A stretch of 59,915 nt of DNA from Acholeplasma sp. (GTDB taxonomy: Bacteria > Bacillota_I > Bacilli_A > Acholeplasmatales > UBA5453). Numbering within the stretch: the stretch's first letter is position 1; each line of letters begins with the position of its first letter. Position numbers and translations under genes: made by a program. Below the pieces are notes generated by a model that was given only the letters and a program-made list of their open reading frames with translations, was not told the DNA's origin and ran no database searches. Positions 8,700-18,997 of the stretch are shown here, piece by piece. The DNA lies in contig JAVBWN010000009.1 of the NCBI GenBank assembly GCA_036677365.1, forward strand, positions 1 through 59,915, given 5' to 3'.

Positions 8700-10178
8700 A
8701 TGAATATGTCAGAGATGTTATCGAAACGTTCTAAATGGACTTACACCACATCCGGTCTTGGCAGAGACATGATGTACGCGCTTTATAGTACTTACTTGAT
8801 TGTATTTTTTACAGATGCTTTAGGCTTATCCAACTGGGCTTTGGTCGCGGTTGGGGTTGTCATCGCGGTTGCCCGTATATGGGATGCCATCAACGATACA
8901 TTGATGGGCATCATCATCGACAATACGAAGAGTAAGTATGGTAAATTCAAACCATGGTTGATCATTGGAGCCATCACCTCCGCCCTTATGTTTTTCCTTT
9001 TATTCCAAGATTTTGGATTATCGGGTGGCTGGTTTGTCTTGGTATTTACCATCATCTATGTGATGTCAGATATGACATTCACGATGAATGACATTGCTTA
9101 TTGGTCGATGTACCCTACCTTTTCAAACGACCCGAAAGAGCGTGAATCGATTGGTTCAAAAGCGAGAATATTCGCGAATTTAGGGATGTTCTTAACGATT
9201 GCTTTGGTACCCATCATTTATCAAAATTTTGCCGGTGGTCCAAAACAAGCATTCTTCTGGATTGCTTTGGTGATTGCGAGTATATACCTCATTTCACAAA
9301 TTTTGGTATTCTTCATTGTCGAACAACCGAAGAACCCACTCGCGGATGTGAAACAACCCAAAACCTCACTCAAAGATGTCATTAAAATCATCACGAAAAA
9401 TGACCAACTGATGGTCATCATCATCGCGATATTCTTATTCAATTCAGGGTATTACATCACCACATCCTTAGGGATATATTTCTTCAATTATGATTTCAAT
9501 AAATATGGCGGCGCTGAGTTTACGATATTCTCAGGGATCCTCGCCATCAGTCAATTGACTGCGTTATCGTTATTTCCAGTGCTGGCGAAGAAAATCACCC
9601 GAAAACAAATTTTTACCATCGCGATTGGTTTGATTATGATTGGTTATCTGTTATTCTTAACGGCAGGCAACGTATTGCCAAAAACCATGTTGGTGGTTGG
9701 TTTGGCTGGCTTCTTCATTTTCTTTGGTGAAGGGTTCATCCAAGTGTCGGTCTTGGTCATGTTGGCGGATACGATTGAATATGGCCAGTGGAAACTCAAA
9801 ACACGTAATGAGTCGGTGGTTTTCGCCATCAACCCATTCGTGGTGAAGTTAGCCACCTCCGTTCAAATACTGGTGGTTACATTAACGCTCGCTTGGTCGG
9901 GATTGAATGACAAAGTCATCAAACCACTCACCAATGCGAGGGAAGCAGCAGCATTACTTGGTACCCCATGGACGACCGAACAATCACGCGCTTTTATCAG
10001 TGCGAATGTCACCGATGGCATGTTGTTGGCTCTTCGAGTATCGATGATTGTATTGCCTGCATTGTTTATTTTAGGTGCTTATTTGGTTTATCGAAAGTTT
10101 TATAAGATTGACTATGCTTTGTTCGATCAAATCAAAGCAGATATTGCATTAGATTTAGAAAAAGGAGAAAAATCATGA
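8700..10178 (+). CDS. GPH-family (MelB-like) glycoside:cation symporter
   Basis: RIWDAIND, YGKFKPW, MLADTIEYGQWK; about 12 TM segments. Confidence 0.88.
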   Translation: MNMSEMLSKRSKWTYTTSGLGRDMMYALYSTYLIVFFTDALGLSNWALVAVGVVIAVARIWDAINDTLMGIIIDNTKSKYGKFKPWLIIGAITSALMFFLLFQDFGLSGGWFVLVFTIIYVMSDMTFTMNDIAYWSMYPTFSNDPKERESIGSKARIFANLGMFLTIALVPIIYQNFAGGPKQAFFWIALVIASIYLISQILVFFIVEQPKNPLADVKQPKTSLKDVIKIITKNDQLMVIIIAIFLFNSGYYITTSLGIYFFNYDFNKYGGAEFTIFSGILAISQLTALSLFPVLAKKITRKQIFTIAIGLIMIGYLLFLTAGNVLPKTMLVVGLAGFFIFFGEGFIQVSVLVMLADTIEYGQWKLKTRNESVVFAINPFVVKLATSVQILVVTLTLAWSGLNDKVIKPLTNAREAAALLGTPWTTEQSRAFISANVTDGMLLALRVSMIVLPALFILGAYLVYRKFYKIDYALFDQIKADIALDLEKGEKS

Positions 10179-11005
10179 AAGTATTAGATCAAGTATTTGT
10201 CCTTAAAAATGGTGTCAAACTACCAAAAATTGGGTTAGGCACTTGGCAAGTTAAAGATGGCGATGAAGCCTACCATTCGGTTTTGTATGCATTAAAGCAT
10301 GGGTATCGTCACATCGATACCGCTGAAGGCTATCGTAATGAAGAATCTGTGGGTAGAGCCGTTAGAGATTCGGGTATACCAAGACACGAGGTCTTCGTCA
10401 CCTCAAAACTAGAATCCCACATCAAAACCTATGAAGGTGCGAAACAAGCGTTTGAAAACACCTTAAAAGCCTTAGGTTTTGATTACCTAGACCTATTTTT
10501 AATCCACGCACCATGGCCATGGAGTGAAATTGGCAAGGACTGTCGTGAAGGCAATGTTCAAGCGTGGAAAGCGATGGAAGAACTCTACCGTGCAGGTAAA
10601 ATCCGTGCGATTGGGGTTTCTAATTTCGATCCGAATGACATTGAAAACATTTTAAAACATTGTGAAATCATCCCACATGTCAATCAAATCGGGTATTTCA
10701 TTGGTCTCGATCAAAAGAAAACCTTAGAGTACTGTGAAACCAAAGGGATTGTGGTTGAAGCGTACTCACCACTCGGTATCGGGTATTTGCTCAGTAACCC
10801 AGTGATTGGTGAGGTTGCGAAAAAGTATCAAGTATCCCCTGCACAAATCTGTATCCGTTACTGCATCCAAAAGAATACAGCCCCACTACCAAAATCCACC
10901 CATGAAGAAAGAATCATTCAAAATACCCAAGTGGATTTTGAAATCAAACCTGAGGACATGGCCATTTTGGAAGAAATCAAAGGCGACCCACGTCGTTGGA
11001 GTTAA
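10175..11005 (+). CDS. Aldo/keto reductase
   Basis: IGLGTW, GYRHIDTA, DYLDLFLIH, IGVSNF, AYSPLG, PKS. Confidence 0.95.
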   Translation: MKVLDQVFVLKNGVKLPKIGLGTWQVKDGDEAYHSVLYALKHGYRHIDTAEGYRNEESVGRAVRDSGIPRHEVFVTSKLESHIKTYEGAKQAFENTLKALGFDYLDLFLIHAPWPWSEIGKDCREGNVQAWKAMEELYRAGKIRAIGVSNFDPNDIENILKHCEIIPHVNQIGYFIGLDQKKTLEYCETKGIVVEAYSPLGIGYLLSNPVIGEVAKKYQVSPAQICIRYCIQKNTAPLPKSTHEERIIQNTQVDFEIKPEDMAILEEIKGDPRRWS

Positions 11006-11012
11006 TTGAAAT

Positions 11013-11043
11013 AAAAGTATTTTCGTCACTGAAAATACTTTTT
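11013..11043 (+). terminator. Intrinsic terminator
   Basis: AAAAGTATTTTC-gtcact-GAAAATACTTTT. Confidence 0.7.
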
Positions 11044-11174
11044 CTTTTTTGAAATATTGTGGATTATGTCATCTTTTCAGATGTCGATACCGTATATGTG
11101 TGTTAAAATAACCATTGAAGACAATCTCTATGAGATGGTTATCAATCAATCTAATACAATCGAGGCGTTTTTTT

Positions 11175-12332
11175 ATGACATATCGCGTTAAATTCATTTT
11201 GGTTTTCAGCCTATTATGGGTCATTTTTATGGGTTCAACCCTAAAGATTCAAGCAGATTCAACCGTAGATGCCATTTATTTTGGTTCCTATACTTGTTTA
11301 AACTGCCAACAAGTCGAAGCTTCTTTTGTTTTACAAGACATCCAAGACCAAGGTTATGTATTACAAAAATACATGAGTGAAGACAATTATGACTTATTTG
11401 AGTCGATGTTTACCCGTTATGCAAGAACGTATAACGTCCCAAAAAATAAAAATCTAGTCCCGATTTTGTACGTCGGACAAACTTATTATGCAGGCGCTGA
11501 AGTCATCATTGAAGGCATTCAATCCGGCGAGGTTCAATTGGTGATGGATGGTAGTGCACCATTAGACCCGATTGAATTTGTTTATGGTGACATTACCCTA
11601 AGCGATTTATGGGTATTATTGGGTTCTACCGCAGTCCTTGGGATCCTCGATGCATTCAACCCGTGTGCGATCGCGATGCTACTCATGTTTCTATCATTTC
11701 TAACCGATAAAAAGCGTTCAAAAGCGATTTTTTACATTTGTCTATCGTATATCATCGCGATATTTGTGACGTATTTCATCTTAGGTACTTTCTTATCTAG
11801 AGCCTTGGCATTACTTGTACCTTACATGGTGATTTTTTATACCATCATCATTGTCTTAGCATTATTCATATCGGTACTCAATTTCATGGATTTCTTCGCT
11901 GCGAGAAGAAAAGCCTATGGTGAGATTAAAAACCAACTGCCAAGACGTTTCTTTGTCGTGACTAAAAAGTTGATGAATAATTTCGCAGAAAGCATTGAAT
12001 CTGGGGATATCACCGTGTATCTTGTTGCTTTTTTGATTGGGATGTTCGTCGCGATTGTCGAATTTCCATGTTCCGGACAAGCGTTTGTTGCTTGGACAGC
12101 GATTGTGGTAGACCGTACCGCCCATGTGCTCTTATTCAATGTGCTGTTGTTTGTCTATGTGTTGTTATTCGTTTCACCGCTCATCATCATCAGCGGCATT
12201 ACCTTAAAATCTCAAAACATCCAAGTGGTCTCTAATTTTGTTCGTACTCGATTAGATATCATCAAATTGGTGAATGCGATTGTTTTTTTAGGGGTTGCGA
12301 TTTATTATATCTTTAGAGTATTCATTAGGTAA
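11175..12332 (+). CDS. Glutaredoxin-like CxxC domain fused to a CcdA/DsbD-type membrane domain
   Basis: Signal/TM segment, CLNC, then DAFNPC and EFPC paired membrane cysteines with about 6 TM segments. Confidence 0.75.
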   Translation: MTYRVKFILVFSLLWVIFMGSTLKIQADSTVDAIYFGSYTCLNCQQVEASFVLQDIQDQGYVLQKYMSEDNYDLFESMFTRYARTYNVPKNKNLVPILYVGQTYYAGAEVIIEGIQSGEVQLVMDGSAPLDPIEFVYGDITLSDLWVLLGSTAVLGILDAFNPCAIAMLLMFLSFLTDKKRSKAIFYICLSYIIAIFVTYFILGTFLSRALALLVPYMVIFYTIIIVLALFISVLNFMDFFAARRKAYGEIKNQLPRRFFVVTKKLMNNFAESIESGDITVYLVAFLIGMFVAIVEFPCSGQAFVAWTAIVVDRTAHVLLFNVLLFVYVLLFVSPLIIISGITLKSQNIQVVSNFVRTRLDIIKLVNAIVFLGVAIYYIFRVFIR

Positions 12333-12336
12333 GCCT

Positions 12337-12639
12337 ATGCCAATCAAAAAAGTAAGCATCATCGATGCCACAGGTAAAGTGGTATTCAAAGGGGCTCTAT
12401 CGAGCTTAAAATTTAAAAAAGAAAGCATTCAAAAAGCATCGATTGAGCTATTCAATGATGATAATCCGTGTATCATCCATGAATCGTATGCGGTAGAACA
12501 TTTGGCCTCTAAAGCTGAACAATTGATTTTATCGTTAAACAAAAAAGTATTGTTGATCGATGAGGTTTTGATTCAACAACTGTTGGATATTGAACTCGCT
12601 AAATATTTGAACCATCACCTCGAACTGGAAGTGAAATGA
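12337..12639 (+). CDS. Hypothetical protein
   Basis: 100 aa; 4 nt after the previous stop and overlapping the iscS start (ATGA). Confidence 0.6.
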   Translation: MPIKKVSIIDATGKVVFKGALSSLKFKKESIQKASIELFNDDNPCIIHESYAVEHLASKAEQLILSLNKKVLLIDEVLIQQLLDIELAKYLNHHLELEVK

Positions 12640-13775
12640 TGAGATTCTACGATTTAGACCACGCAGCAACCACGCAAATCCATCCCAAAGTGTTGGCAGC
12701 GATGATGCCTTATTTAACCGAATCCTATGGGAACCCATCCTCGATGCATACCCTTGGGATGCAAAACAAAAAAGACATCAATACCGCGAAAAAACACATC
12801 TCTTCGCTGTTGAAGTGTGATTTCAACGAATTGATTTTTACTGGTTCAGGCACCGAAGCCACCAACCTCGCGATCGAAGGGTATGCCAGAAAACACCCAC
12901 ATAAAACAGAAATCATCACGACACCCATCGAACACGCAGCCACATTAAATACCATCCGATACCTAGAAACATTAGGGTACAAGGTGCATTATTTAGAAGT
13001 AGATGCGATGGGTTATGTCTCATTAGCAGATTTAAAATCCAAACTAAATCAGAATACATTGCTGGTCAGTATCATCTGGGGAAACAATGAGTTAGGAACG
13101 ATTCAACCCATTGAAATGATGACAGAAATCATCCATCAACACGGGGCATGTTTTCATGTCGATGCCGTCCAAATGCTTGCACATAAACCGATGGACTTAT
13201 CCGTTTTAAATGTCGATATGATGTCATTTTCCGGTCATAAAATACACGGCCCTAAAGGCATCGGTTTGTTGTATAAAAAAAAGGAGATCGAGATCGAACC
13301 CCTCATCCATGGTGGCGGTCATGAATTCAAATACCGTTCTGGGACAGAAAACATCGCTGGTATCATCGGATTTGATCAAGCATTGACGCTTTTAAATGAT
13401 CAATATGACGATAAAGCGAAACACCTCACCGCTTTGGCATCCGCTTTTTACCATCAAATCCGTGCTATTTTACCAATACATCTGAATGGTCCAACGCTAA
13501 ATCAATCTAGAATCCCAGGGTTATTATCCTTATCGTTTGAAGGAATCTCTGGCTTAAAACTTCAATTCAAACTCAATCAAAAACAAATCTATGTATCCAC
13601 AGGAAGCGCATGTCATTCCAATGAGGTTGGGGTATCCCACGTCATTGAAGCGATTCATGCAAAATCCCCAGAAGGGGTCATTCGAATCAGTTTTGGAACT
13701 GAGACGACCTTAGAAGATATCCCGTATTTAGTTGACGCTTTCCAAACAGCGTATGACGACCTTAAAAATGATTAA
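12636..13775 (+). CDS. iscS: Cysteine desulfurase (IscS/NifS type)
   Basis: DHAATT, GNPSS, HVDAVQ, SGHKIHGPKG, STGSACHS. Confidence 0.92.
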   Translation: MMRFYDLDHAATTQIHPKVLAAMMPYLTESYGNPSSMHTLGMQNKKDINTAKKHISSLLKCDFNELIFTGSGTEATNLAIEGYARKHPHKTEIITTPIEHAATLNTIRYLETLGYKVHYLEVDAMGYVSLADLKSKLNQNTLLVSIIWGNNELGTIQPIEMMTEIIHQHGACFHVDAVQMLAHKPMDLSVLNVDMMSFSGHKIHGPKGIGLLYKKKEIEIEPLIHGGGHEFKYRSGTENIAGIIGFDQALTLLNDQYDDKAKHLTALASAFYHQIRAILPIHLNGPTLNQSRIPGLLSLSFEGISGLKLQFKLNQKQIYVSTGSACHSNEVGVSHVIEAIHAKSPEGVIRISFGTETTLEDIPYLVDAFQTAYDDLKND

Positions 13776-13798
13776 AGCTCAGTCACCTGAGCTTTTTT
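13774..13798. terminator. Bidirectional terminator
   Basis: AAAGCTCAG-tcac-CTGAGCTTTTT between convergent genes. Confidence 0.75.
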
Positions 13799-14809
13799 CT
13801 ATAGATTTTTAAGATCGTTCAAGAGCGCATCCACCATCGCTAGGGTTGTAAACCAAGAAGTTACCAAGCGGATGGTTTTTGTATCGCCATGGTCTGTCCA
13901 TAACTCAAAAGCGTACTGTTTGGATAAGACAGCCACCTGTTGACTTTTAAGCGTGACGAATATTTGATTCGTATGGACAGGGTAAATGGGTTTTATCCCC
14001 ATTTGAATCAATCCTGCGGTTAATTTAGATGCCATGGCATTGGCATGCTGACCCAATTTGAAGAAGAGGTTATCTGTAAACAACCCTTCAAATTGAATCG
14101 CCGCGACAAACCCTTTCGCAAGCAGTCCGCCACTTTGTTTGATGGCATGTCTAACATAGGGTTTTAAGTCTTTATGTTGGATGACCAAGGCTTCACCCAA
14201 CATCGCCCCATTTTTCGTACCACCGATATAAAACGCATCAGAATTACTACAAATATCATTTAATGTTAAACCCGAGGCTGCGAGGGCGACACCCAGTCTC
14301 GCGCCGTCAATAAATAGATAGAGCCCCTGTTTTTGACAGTATTGATAAAGTTGTTCAAGTTCTGCCTTGGTATAAAAAGTCCCAGTTTCAGTGGCGTTAG
14401 AAATGTATACCATTTTTGGAACAACACGGTGTTCATCTGTAAAACCGCGCACCGTTTCATCGATGGCTTTAACGGTTAATTTACCCGAGTCATTTGGTAT
14501 CAAGATAATTTGATGTCCAGTCGATTCAATCGCCCCCGTTTCATGCACAAAGATGTGTCCAGTATCGGCAGAAATCACCGCTTCATAGGGTCTTAAAGCG
14601 TGGCTGATCAAGACTTTATTCGTGATCGTTCCCCCCACCAAGAAATGGATATCGACCTCACGACTTAACTGTTGTTGGATGGTCTTTTTTACAGATTGAC
14701 TCAAAACATCCAAACCATAGCCGTTGAATTGGGTTTGACTGTATTGATTGAGTAAAGCCATAATGGCTGGGTGTGCGATTTCACTATAATCATTTTTAAA
14801 ACTAATCAT
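13799..14809 (-). CDS. ltaE: Low-specificity L-threonine aldolase
   Basis: MISFKNDYSE, HETGAIE, DGARL, IGGTKNG, RLVTSW; start placed after the AAGGTG RBS. Confidence 0.88.
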   Translation of the reverse strand: MISFKNDYSEIAHPAIMALLNQYSQTQFNGYGLDVLSQSVKKTIQQQLSREVDIHFLVGGTITNKVLISHALRPYEAVISADTGHIFVHETGAIESTGHQIILIPNDSGKLTVKAIDETVRGFTDEHRVVPKMVYISNATETGTFYTKAELEQLYQYCQKQGLYLFIDGARLGVALAASGLTLNDICSNSDAFYIGGTKNGAMLGEALVIQHKDLKPYVRHAIKQSGGLLAKGFVAAIQFEGLFTDNLFFKLGQHANAMASKLTAGLIQMGIKPIYPVHTNQIFVTLKSQQVAVLSKQYAFELWTDHGDTKTIRLVTSWFTTLAMVDALLNDLKNL

Positions 14810-14905
14810 GGTATCACCTTTTCCTATGATTATTATAACGGATAACACATGAGAATTGATATAATGGTGATAGAAAAAGTCATATATATGAGATAGGAGC
14901 CGCTT

Positions 14906-15664
14906 ATGGCCAAACTTCCTTTTAAAATCCAACAAATCCTAGGTAATAAAAAAGGCATCCAAGACCACATCGGTGAATCTGAATCCTCAGTGGTTTTTTA
15001 TGGTGATTTTGTTTTGAAAAAATCCAAGAAAAATAGGGATGCTAAAAGGGAATCCCGTGCTTTAGCATTATTAGAAGGTTCCATACCTGTACCTAAAGTC
15101 TTAGCCTATATAGAAACAAAAAAATACAGTTATCTACTGATGACGAAATCACCAGGCCAACCTTTGTTCCAATGGCCTTTAGAAACGGCCATAAAAGTGG
15201 CTTGTGAGGGGTTGAAACGGTTGTGGGGTATCTCGATTCATGACCCTATCTTAAGTTCAAAATCAGAAGCCTTGAATACAGTTTCATACAATGTTCAAAA
15301 TCACAGAGAAATCTTAATTGAAAACGCCGACCCAGGGACATTTACCAACGAAGGGTTTACATCGCCTGAAGCATTACTATCTTATTTAGAAACGCATTAT
15401 CCAAACGATGAACCCTTGGTTTTGTCTCATGGCGATTATTATTTGCCGAATGTGTTATATGATGGCAATCAAATCACCGCGATGATCGATTTTGGATACA
15501 TTGGCTATTTTCCAAAAGAACGAGACATATCGGCCTTACTTAAAAGTTTGGTTTACAATTATGGTGAAAATCCAAACTACTTGAATTGGGTCGAACAAGC
15601 CTTGGGTTGTTCAATCCAGAAAGACATCATTGAATACTTCAAGTTGTACGATGAGTTGATCTAA
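14906..15664 (+). CDS. Aminoglycoside phosphotransferase, APH(3')-like
   Basis: GESESSV, IPVPKVL, SHGDYYLPNV, IDFG, ERDI, C-terminal YFKLYDELI. Confidence 0.8.
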   Translation: MAKLPFKIQQILGNKKGIQDHIGESESSVVFYGDFVLKKSKKNRDAKRESRALALLEGSIPVPKVLAYIETKKYSYLLMTKSPGQPLFQWPLETAIKVACEGLKRLWGISIHDPILSSKSEALNTVSYNVQNHREILIENADPGTFTNEGFTSPEALLSYLETHYPNDEPLVLSHGDYYLPNVLYDGNQITAMIDFGYIGYFPKERDISALLKSLVYNYGENPNYLNWVEQALGCSIQKDIIEYFKLYDELI

Positions 15665-15775
15665 AGCACATGAGAGCGTTTACCCGCTCTTTTTGTTTGA
15701 TATTCAAATGAATATAGTGGTTTGAAGCGTAATCGTATGTTATAATAAGAAAAATTAATTCAAAGGACACTTATT

Positions 15776-16942
15776 ATGCAAAAAAAACATACCTTAATGA
15801 TCATATCTTCCATCCTCATGATGTTATTGATGGGCACCGTATACGCTTATAGTGTATTTCGTTACCACATAGAAACCTTATATCAAACCACGACACTCGA
15901 ATCTGGACTGCCTTACATGACCTCGTTGTTTTTTTATGCACTGTCGATGATGGTGACTGGTAGACATCTAAAACCCAATCGTTTGAGGGGGTTGGTGTTT
16001 TATGGGACACTCCTCATTGTCTTGGGGTATTTTCTATCGGGTATTTCACAAAACATTCTAACACTCATGGTTTCTTATGGGGTGTTGATTGGTACCGGGG
16101 TAGGGATGGTTTACGGTGTACCCATTTACATGGTACAAAAACTATTCCCTAAAAAGAGTGGGTTCATGACAGGCATCATTTTATTGGGTTTTGGGATGTC
16201 CCCACTCATCACTGCACCTTTGGTCAGTTGGTTGATTGATTCTACAAATATCCGTCAAACCTTCTTCATTTTGGGTGTGTTGTTTTTAGTGATTCAATTG
16301 CCATTATCGTTTTTATTCATCTTGAAAGAAAGAAGTACATTCAAACAAACCCCTCTAGATATACGTACTAAAGAGAAGCTCAAACCGTTTAAACGGATTT
16401 ACGCATTATTTGTCATCGCCACCTTGGTGGGGTTGATGATGATCGGTTTAACCTATCAAGTCGGTGTACGCTATTATGGTCTCAATGAAACCTCGGTGAC
16501 GTTTGCTTTATCGATCTTCGCCATATTGAATGGGATAGCGCGTCCGTTATTTGGTAAGCTGATGGATAGCCGCGGGTTTAAATTCTCAGGCATGGTCAGT
16601 GTGACCTTGATTGTCATCGCGAGTGTGATTGGTTTAATCAACCGTGGTGAGCAGTTTATATTGTTTGGATTATCGTTTGGTCTATATTGGTTCAACTTAG
16701 GTGCATGGCTTTCCATCGTACCTGCAACCATCAAAGAGTTCTATGGGATTCAACAATACGCTAAAAAGTATGGTTTGATGTTCACAGGGTATGGGGTGGG
16801 TGCCATCTTAGGCACATTGATTTCGGGGTATATTATGGATATGCTTGGTGAAACAACCTATATTTATGGGTTTATATTGGGTCTGATGCTTGTATCGTTC
16901 ATCCTACTCAGTCAGATGCCTAAAAAAATAAAAACGCTCTAA
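15776..16942 (+). CDS. MFS transporter, OFA (oxalate:formate antiporter) family
   Basis: GTVYAYSVF, FPKKSGFMTG, NGIARPLFG; about 12 TM segments. Confidence 0.85.
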   Translation: MQKKHTLMIISSILMMLLMGTVYAYSVFRYHIETLYQTTTLESGLPYMTSLFFYALSMMVTGRHLKPNRLRGLVFYGTLLIVLGYFLSGISQNILTLMVSYGVLIGTGVGMVYGVPIYMVQKLFPKKSGFMTGIILLGFGMSPLITAPLVSWLIDSTNIRQTFFILGVLFLVIQLPLSFLFILKERSTFKQTPLDIRTKEKLKPFKRIYALFVIATLVGLMMIGLTYQVGVRYYGLNETSVTFALSIFAILNGIARPLFGKLMDSRGFKFSGMVSVTLIVIASVIGLINRGEQFILFGLSFGLYWFNLGAWLSIVPATIKEFYGIQQYAKKYGLMFTGYGVGAILGTLISGYIMDMLGETTYIYGFILGLMLVSFILLSQMPKKIKTL

Positions 16943-16949
16943 TTGAGCG

Positions 16950-17366
16950 TTAAAATCCAGACAATAAAGTGATCAAAACAAGGAATACTGGGATGATAAT
17001 CAACAAAATAATAATTATACCTACATAAGACACCAAAATATGGATTACAAATTGTCCTTTTGACTCAAACTCAAAGTACTTTTTAAAGATTATGACGTAT
17101 TCATAAATGAAAGCTATTACTAAAAGGGGTAAAACAATCATCGTAAAGATTTGATTGCTGGTCATAATGGGTAAAACGAGAAATAATGCGAACATTAGGA
17201 TGAATAGTATGGTGAAATAAAAAATAATGTAGTGAATTAGTATCTTCTTTGTGTAATAATATTCAAAGTATTTCATAACCAAAATTTTAATACCAATAAA
17301 TATGAATGATAATGCCGCTATCATAGCAATAAGGCTGATAAAATAACCCAACAGTAGAAAGAACAT
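16950..17366 (-). CDS. Hypothetical membrane protein
   Basis: About 4 TM segments, AT-rich, AAGGAG RBS. Confidence 0.6.
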   Translation of the reverse strand: MFFLLLGYFISLIAMIAALSFIFIGIKILVMKYFEYYYTKKILIHYIIFYFTILFILMFALFLVLPIMTSNQIFTMIVLPLLVIAFIYEYVIIFKKYFEFESKGQFVIHILVSYVGIIIILLIIIPVFLVLITLLSGF

Positions 17367-17438
17367 AGACATCTCCTTAAATGTTAATACAATTGACAAT
17401 ATGATAACATAAATTAGAATTAAAATACATATTTAATT

Positions 17439-17467
17439 AAAATGTCTCTAACAATAGAGACATTTTT
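17439..17467 (-). terminator. Intrinsic terminator after rsmH
   Basis: AAATGTCTCTA-acaa-TAGAGACATTT. Confidence 0.7.
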
Positions 17468-17471
17468 CTTA

Positions 17472-18506
17472 TTATGCTTTGATGGCACAGCGGAGTTTAG
17501 CGGACCGTGCCCTTGGGTTGTCATGAACTTCTTGAAGTGAAGGTAAATCGGGGCCGGTTACCAAAGCGTACGTGCCTTGTCGTTGGTAAAACTGAAATGC
17601 TTTTTTGACCAAACGGTCTTCACCCGAATGGAATGTTAAAATCGCGACTCGTCCACCTGGTTTTAATAATAGGGGGAGTTTTTCCATCAAGTCATAGAGG
17701 GCTTCATACTCTTGATTGACATCGATGCGTAGGGCTTGAAATGTACGTTGTGAGGCTTTCTTAATCGATTCCTCTTGAATCGATTTAGGCAGTTTAGATA
17801 ATGCTTTTTGAATCACTTTATGCAAGTCTTTGGTGGTTTCGATGAGTTGTCCAAGTTGGATTGATTTAGCAATCTCGGACGCGATTTCTTTTGCATACAC
17901 TTCATCGGCATTTTCAATGAGCATCCCTTCGAGTTCATCTTCGGTGAGTTCTAATAAACGAATATTGGCTGGGATACCGATATGAGGGTTCATTCTTAAA
18001 TCGAGTGGACCATCGTATTTAAATGTAAAACCCCTAGATGGGTCATCGATTTGCATCGAAGAGACACCCAAGTCAGCGAGCACAAAGTCAAACCCATCCA
18101 CAGGGATTTGGTCTAAATCTCTAAAATTGATGTTGTGCAACGTGAAATGGTCTTTGGTAAAACCAGCATCGATCAACCGTTGTTCAGTTTTAGGTAATTC
18201 AATGGGGTCTAAATCGGTGGCGTGCAAATGGCCGGTGTGGTTTAATTGTTCGAGCATTTTACGGGTATGACCCCCAAAACCCAGGGTGCAATCTAATCCG
18301 ATTTCACCGGGTTGTATGTTTAAAAAAGACAATATCTCATCGACCATGATGGAACGGTGCATACCCGCAGGGGTATTGCCTTTCTCCATCACATGGGCGA
18401 TGACGTCTTGATATTTATCGGGTTGTTGTTCTTTGTATTTTTCCTCAAAGGTTTTTGGGTACTTACCTGAGTAACGTTTACGTCTTTTGGGTTTGTTTTC
18501 TTCCAT
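17472..18506 (-). CDS. rsmH: 16S rRNA m4C1402 methyltransferase (RsmH family, N-terminally extended form)
   Basis: DCTLGFGGH, DLGVSSMQID, PLDLRM, FQALRI, FHSGEDRLVK, NPRARSAKLR. Confidence 0.92.
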   Translation of the reverse strand: MEENKPKRRKRYSGKYPKTFEEKYKEQQPDKYQDVIAHVMEKGNTPAGMHRSIMVDEILSFLNIQPGEIGLDCTLGFGGHTRKMLEQLNHTGHLHATDLDPIELPKTEQRLIDAGFTKDHFTLHNINFRDLDQIPVDGFDFVLADLGVSSMQIDDPSRGFTFKYDGPLDLRMNPHIGIPANIRLLELTEDELEGMLIENADEVYAKEIASEIAKSIQLGQLIETTKDLHKVIQKALSKLPKSIQEESIKKASQRTFQALRIDVNQEYEALYDLMEKLPLLLKPGGRVAILTFHSGEDRLVKKAFQFYQRQGTYALVTGPDLPSLQEVHDNPRARSAKLRCAIKA

Positions 18507-18590
18507 GATATTCACCTGTACTTGAGTATATTACCAAAAATCGAGCGATTTCACAATCCAGCCCTTACGAATCTTTTACAATCCAATGAT

Positions 18591-18650
18591 TTGACAGGCA
18601 TGATATTATGGATTATAATAACAATTAATGATATCAAAAACTGATAACAT
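18591..18650 (+). promoter_or_regulatory. Consensus sigma-A promoter plus palindromic operator
   Basis: TTGACA(18591)-N17-TATAAT(18614); ATGATATCA-N5-TGATAACAT at 18628-18650 just before the RBS. Confidence 0.75.
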
Positions 18651-18664
18651 AGAAAAGGTGACAT

Positions 18665-18997
18665 ATGGAAAGTCGATATGAAAAGAAACTGTACTTAGGC
18701 TTTTTAAATATCCATATTTTGTACCATGCTTCGATAGAACCCATCTATGGGGTATGGATGCTAGAAGAACTCAAACACCATGGGTATCAAGTAGGACCAT
18801 CCCATGTATATCCCTTACTGAAAGAAATGGTCGCGGAGGGCTTATTATCTGTTGAAGAAAATGCCGCTTCAGGACGAATGAGAAAATACTATAGGATTAC
18901 AGAAAAAGGCCTATATTTGCTTATAGAACTCTACGATAAAATCGAAGAACTCAGTCGTGAAATCCACCATAAGAAACAGGTGATTTCACGTGAATAA
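18665..18997 (+). CDS. PadR-family transcriptional regulator
   Basis: HILYHA...YGVWMLEELKHHGY...YPLL...RKYYRITEKG. Confidence 0.9.
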   Translation: MESRYEKKLYLGFLNIHILYHASIEPIYGVWMLEELKHHGYQVGPSHVYPLLKEMVAEGLLSVEENAASGRMRKYYRITEKGLYLLIELYDKIEELSREIHHKKQVISRE

